Assembly (NCBI GenBank): GCA_000934665.2
Contig: KZ537981.1
Span: 62,001-126,000, forward strand
From: Catajapyx aquilonaris
Taxonomy: Eukaryota
DNA length: 64,000 nt
Direction: 5' to 3'
Of this stretch, positions 61,276-64,000 are shown in pieces (the first letter of the stretch is position 1; every line of letters starts with the position of its first letter). The translations under genes were made by a program, and so were the position numbers. The notes beneath the pieces are model-generated. The model was given only the letters and a program-made list of their open reading frames with translations, had not been told where the DNA came from and searched no databases.

Positions 61276-63675
61276 CCTGTGTACATTTTACAATTACATT
61301 GAATGTGTGTCACCTTCGCTGATTACTCTAGTTGGGGTAATGAGAGTAATTGAACGCGCGTGTACTCGTGGTATTTATTATTCATACATTTCATCTTATT
61401 TTGGACCAGTTTATGCCAACTGGTTGCTTCACTTTTTAAACGGGCGTCTGGAGTGGACAATCAGTGACTTGACCCAGTGACCCCCTTAGTCTTGTCCATC
61501 ATCTTGTGTGGTCCTTGGGCAGTGCAATTATTGTAATAATAGTGACCAATCGAACCCGACCTTGAACCCTGGAGTCCAACTTTTCCGATGAGGAAGTTAC
61601 GTAAATTACTTGATATCCACGATCCGATTACATTGTCTTCAAAAAGAGTCACTTGCTCGGAACGTGACGGGTGATTACGCATTTTAATTTATCGCAATTT
61701 GATGCGGATCAGGCGTCGCAAAAATGTACATTCCAAAAGAATGGAAAAGTGCCTAGCTATGATGGGGAAAAAAAATTGCATAATGACGCGCATGAACATT
61801 CTGGATTTAATTTTTTTCCCCCGGCCAATAAATTTATTGCTCCATTATTTGACCTACTCAATTGTCGAATTCGACGATAGCATCTGATCGGGAAGTATTT
61901 TGTTCCCATTCCCGACTGTTCAAGTCGGTTGCAAAACATTTGCAAGTTATTGCAACATGTGGTGTCTGGCTGAATTCAAGGTCAGCGAAAGTGCAAAAAA
62001 AAAAAAAAACTACCGGTGCGTGCAAAATAAATAAAAAAAATGAGGAATTTGTGACGCGAGAGGGAAACGTTCGCTTACAGGAATTTTACCGGCGTCGGTA
62101 AAAGCATAGTCATGTTATGTTAATTGACGGTACATTATTTTTTATCTCGGTGAACCTTCGATAGGAAGGGAACAACAGATGCTTCATTTCCTATTTGAAG
62201 CTTTTAAAAAACCATCCATAAATCTGCAATGAAAGCTACTTATATGTAATCTGACATTTCCTATTTAATTGCAGGTAATTCATTAAATTAGCGCCATACA
62301 CTACTGCAACAAAATTGTCCACTGCACAGTGAAGCCAAATGGAGGTCACAAAAGTCAACGCAATAAATCAGTTACATATTTTTTTGTGCACACATGTTGC
62401 CATCCCATCGCATTGACCTCTTTGATACTCTTCCTATTCTTCAGATAATTCCACATAATATTGTAACAAAGATTGCAAGCGGTCAAGCTTGGGTCAGCCA
62501 ATCACCAAGATACAACGTCTCTCTCTGGCCATGCACATGTATATTTGGAGCCGTACCCTGACCGGCAATTTAAAACGGACTAATCCATGCCAAGTATCCT
62601 TGATTCTTTAAAAAGACGTGTCATTATTTAACAGATGGCCTTTGGCCCGATCCGTAATCAGGCCTTGAAGCATCCTCTGGCCTTCCGGGTTTTGAATGTT
62701 GGATTATCCGACGACATTACCATAAACTCCACGCTCCATACAAACTGGCAGGTGAGACATCAAAATGTAGCGGTGTAAACAACCTCGCTCCAACATGACG
62801 CCAAGAAGCAAAAGATACTCCGCTGTTGGGATAGGTACAGATTATGCAACATTGGCTTATACATCACTGCGAGGTTATCGCATATGTGTGTTGCAACACT
62901 GTAGTAAGCTATCTGTAATCAGCCTTCTCACATACTGAACCCATATTGAAATAGACCAGTAACAAAGTAACTGAAATGTACACATGGCGCTGCAAATATT
63001 GACGCTGCAATCTCTTGATACAATGTATACGGCTTAGATATTTAAGCCGTCCAACTTAATTAAATGCAACGAGCAATCATGTAATTTTGTACTGAACATA
63101 CCTGGAAACAACAGAACAACTTGCATTAAATAAATTACTAATTATTTACTACATAATTACGTATAACACGTGTGATGTCAGAATGTTGTCGATACTGGGA
63201 AAGTAAGTCACTTATCTATTGCCGCATCCCACTTGAGCAGCGTAACTAGGGCGTACATCATACTTCCTAGGCATACGCTTTTATCTACGGAGACAACTAA
63301 ACTGTCGCCAGGTGATCACTTGCTTCACATACAAGCCATATCGCAAATAAAAAAGGGGGGAAAATGAGGTGCTCGTTCAAGTAGCAAACAAGTGACGCAA
63401 TCAATGAGACACTCATTTCCTACCACAAATCATGTCACTTTAGAGTGCCAAGTAACTGATAATGTGCACTTGCTGCACTTTCACTAAGCAATTACATAAC
63501 CTTGAGGTTGTTAGCATGGCCTTTTTTTACTCCAATTTGATGAAATCATCTTTGTGAGGTTCCCAACAGCTGCGGCACGATAAAAAGGTGTTTCTTGAAA
63601 TTAATAGGCCGCTATGCCAAAATAAGTATCATTCTGAATGTAACGACAGCATGCTCAAGCAGAAATAGTCCTTAC

Positions 63676-63929
63676 CGTGCAATCTTCCGCCTGTTGTTGG
63701 GATGCAGCTCGTCGGCCGACTCCGGATCAACTTTTTGCAACTTTCTGTACATGTCCTGAGTGGAGCAGTCGGCCATGAACGACCCAGGTACGTCGTCATC
63801 GCTTCCATGGTCACCGCTGTTCTTTCGCTTCCTCTTGCCAACCAGCACGTCCCAAAGAAGAGACTCGATGTAGTAGTTTGTTCCGCCTACAACCACCGGC
63901 AGCTTCTGCTTGGACAGAAGGTCCTCCAC
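63676..63929 (-). CDS. TRIT1: tRNA dimethylallyltransferase internal exon (upstream exons lie outside the window)
   Basis: LPVVVGGTNYYIESLLW and LQKVDPESADELHPNNRRKIAR are IPPT/MiaA motifs. Acceptor CAG|GTG. Donor CG|GTAAGG, phase 2. Confidence 0.95.
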
Positions 63930-64000
63930 CTGACTTACAGGTTAAGGAACCCGCATCATAAATGTGCCCATGGGTTTAGTCAAAATAATCATCACCGGAA

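Noticed and set aside
60925..61480. Hydrophobic membrane-protein-like ORFs
   Set aside because: They are artefacts of (TTTA)n/(TTCA)n low-complexity DNA within a TRIT1 intron.

Overview
This is intron-rich eukaryotic DNA, probably from an arthropod given the close match to insect Shab, with three assembly gaps. It holds two spliced minus-strand genes. (1) An apparently complete Shab/Kv2 voltage-gated K+ channel. Its coding exons, checked by hand for splice signals and phase, are 30003-29573, 28362-27888, 23227-22384, 18451-18120, 7933(or 8001)-7235, 6615-6429 and 5012-4081, giving about 1299 aa. An extra 82-nt stop-containing exon (9206-9125) would give an isoform of about 713 aa that lacks the PRC clustering motif. 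(2) The last three coding exons of a tRNA dimethylallyltransferase (TRIT1/MiaA): 63929-63676, 56605-56351 and 53030-52505. The rest is intronic or intergenic DNA with MITEs, Helitron-like fragments, minisatellites and microsatellites. Most of the supplied ORFs are spurious. The best leads are: the truncating exon, whose UAG is followed by an intact frame into the long tail (splice switch and/or readthrough); a genomically encoded Cys at a pore site that other invertebrates create by A-to-I editing, with a fold-back MITE beside that exon; a U12-type branch site in TRIT1; four tandem RFX X-boxes; a TAATCC minisatellite enclosed by TIRs; and a hairpin array starting right after the Shab stop codon. 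Homology statements come from recalled sequences, not from searches.
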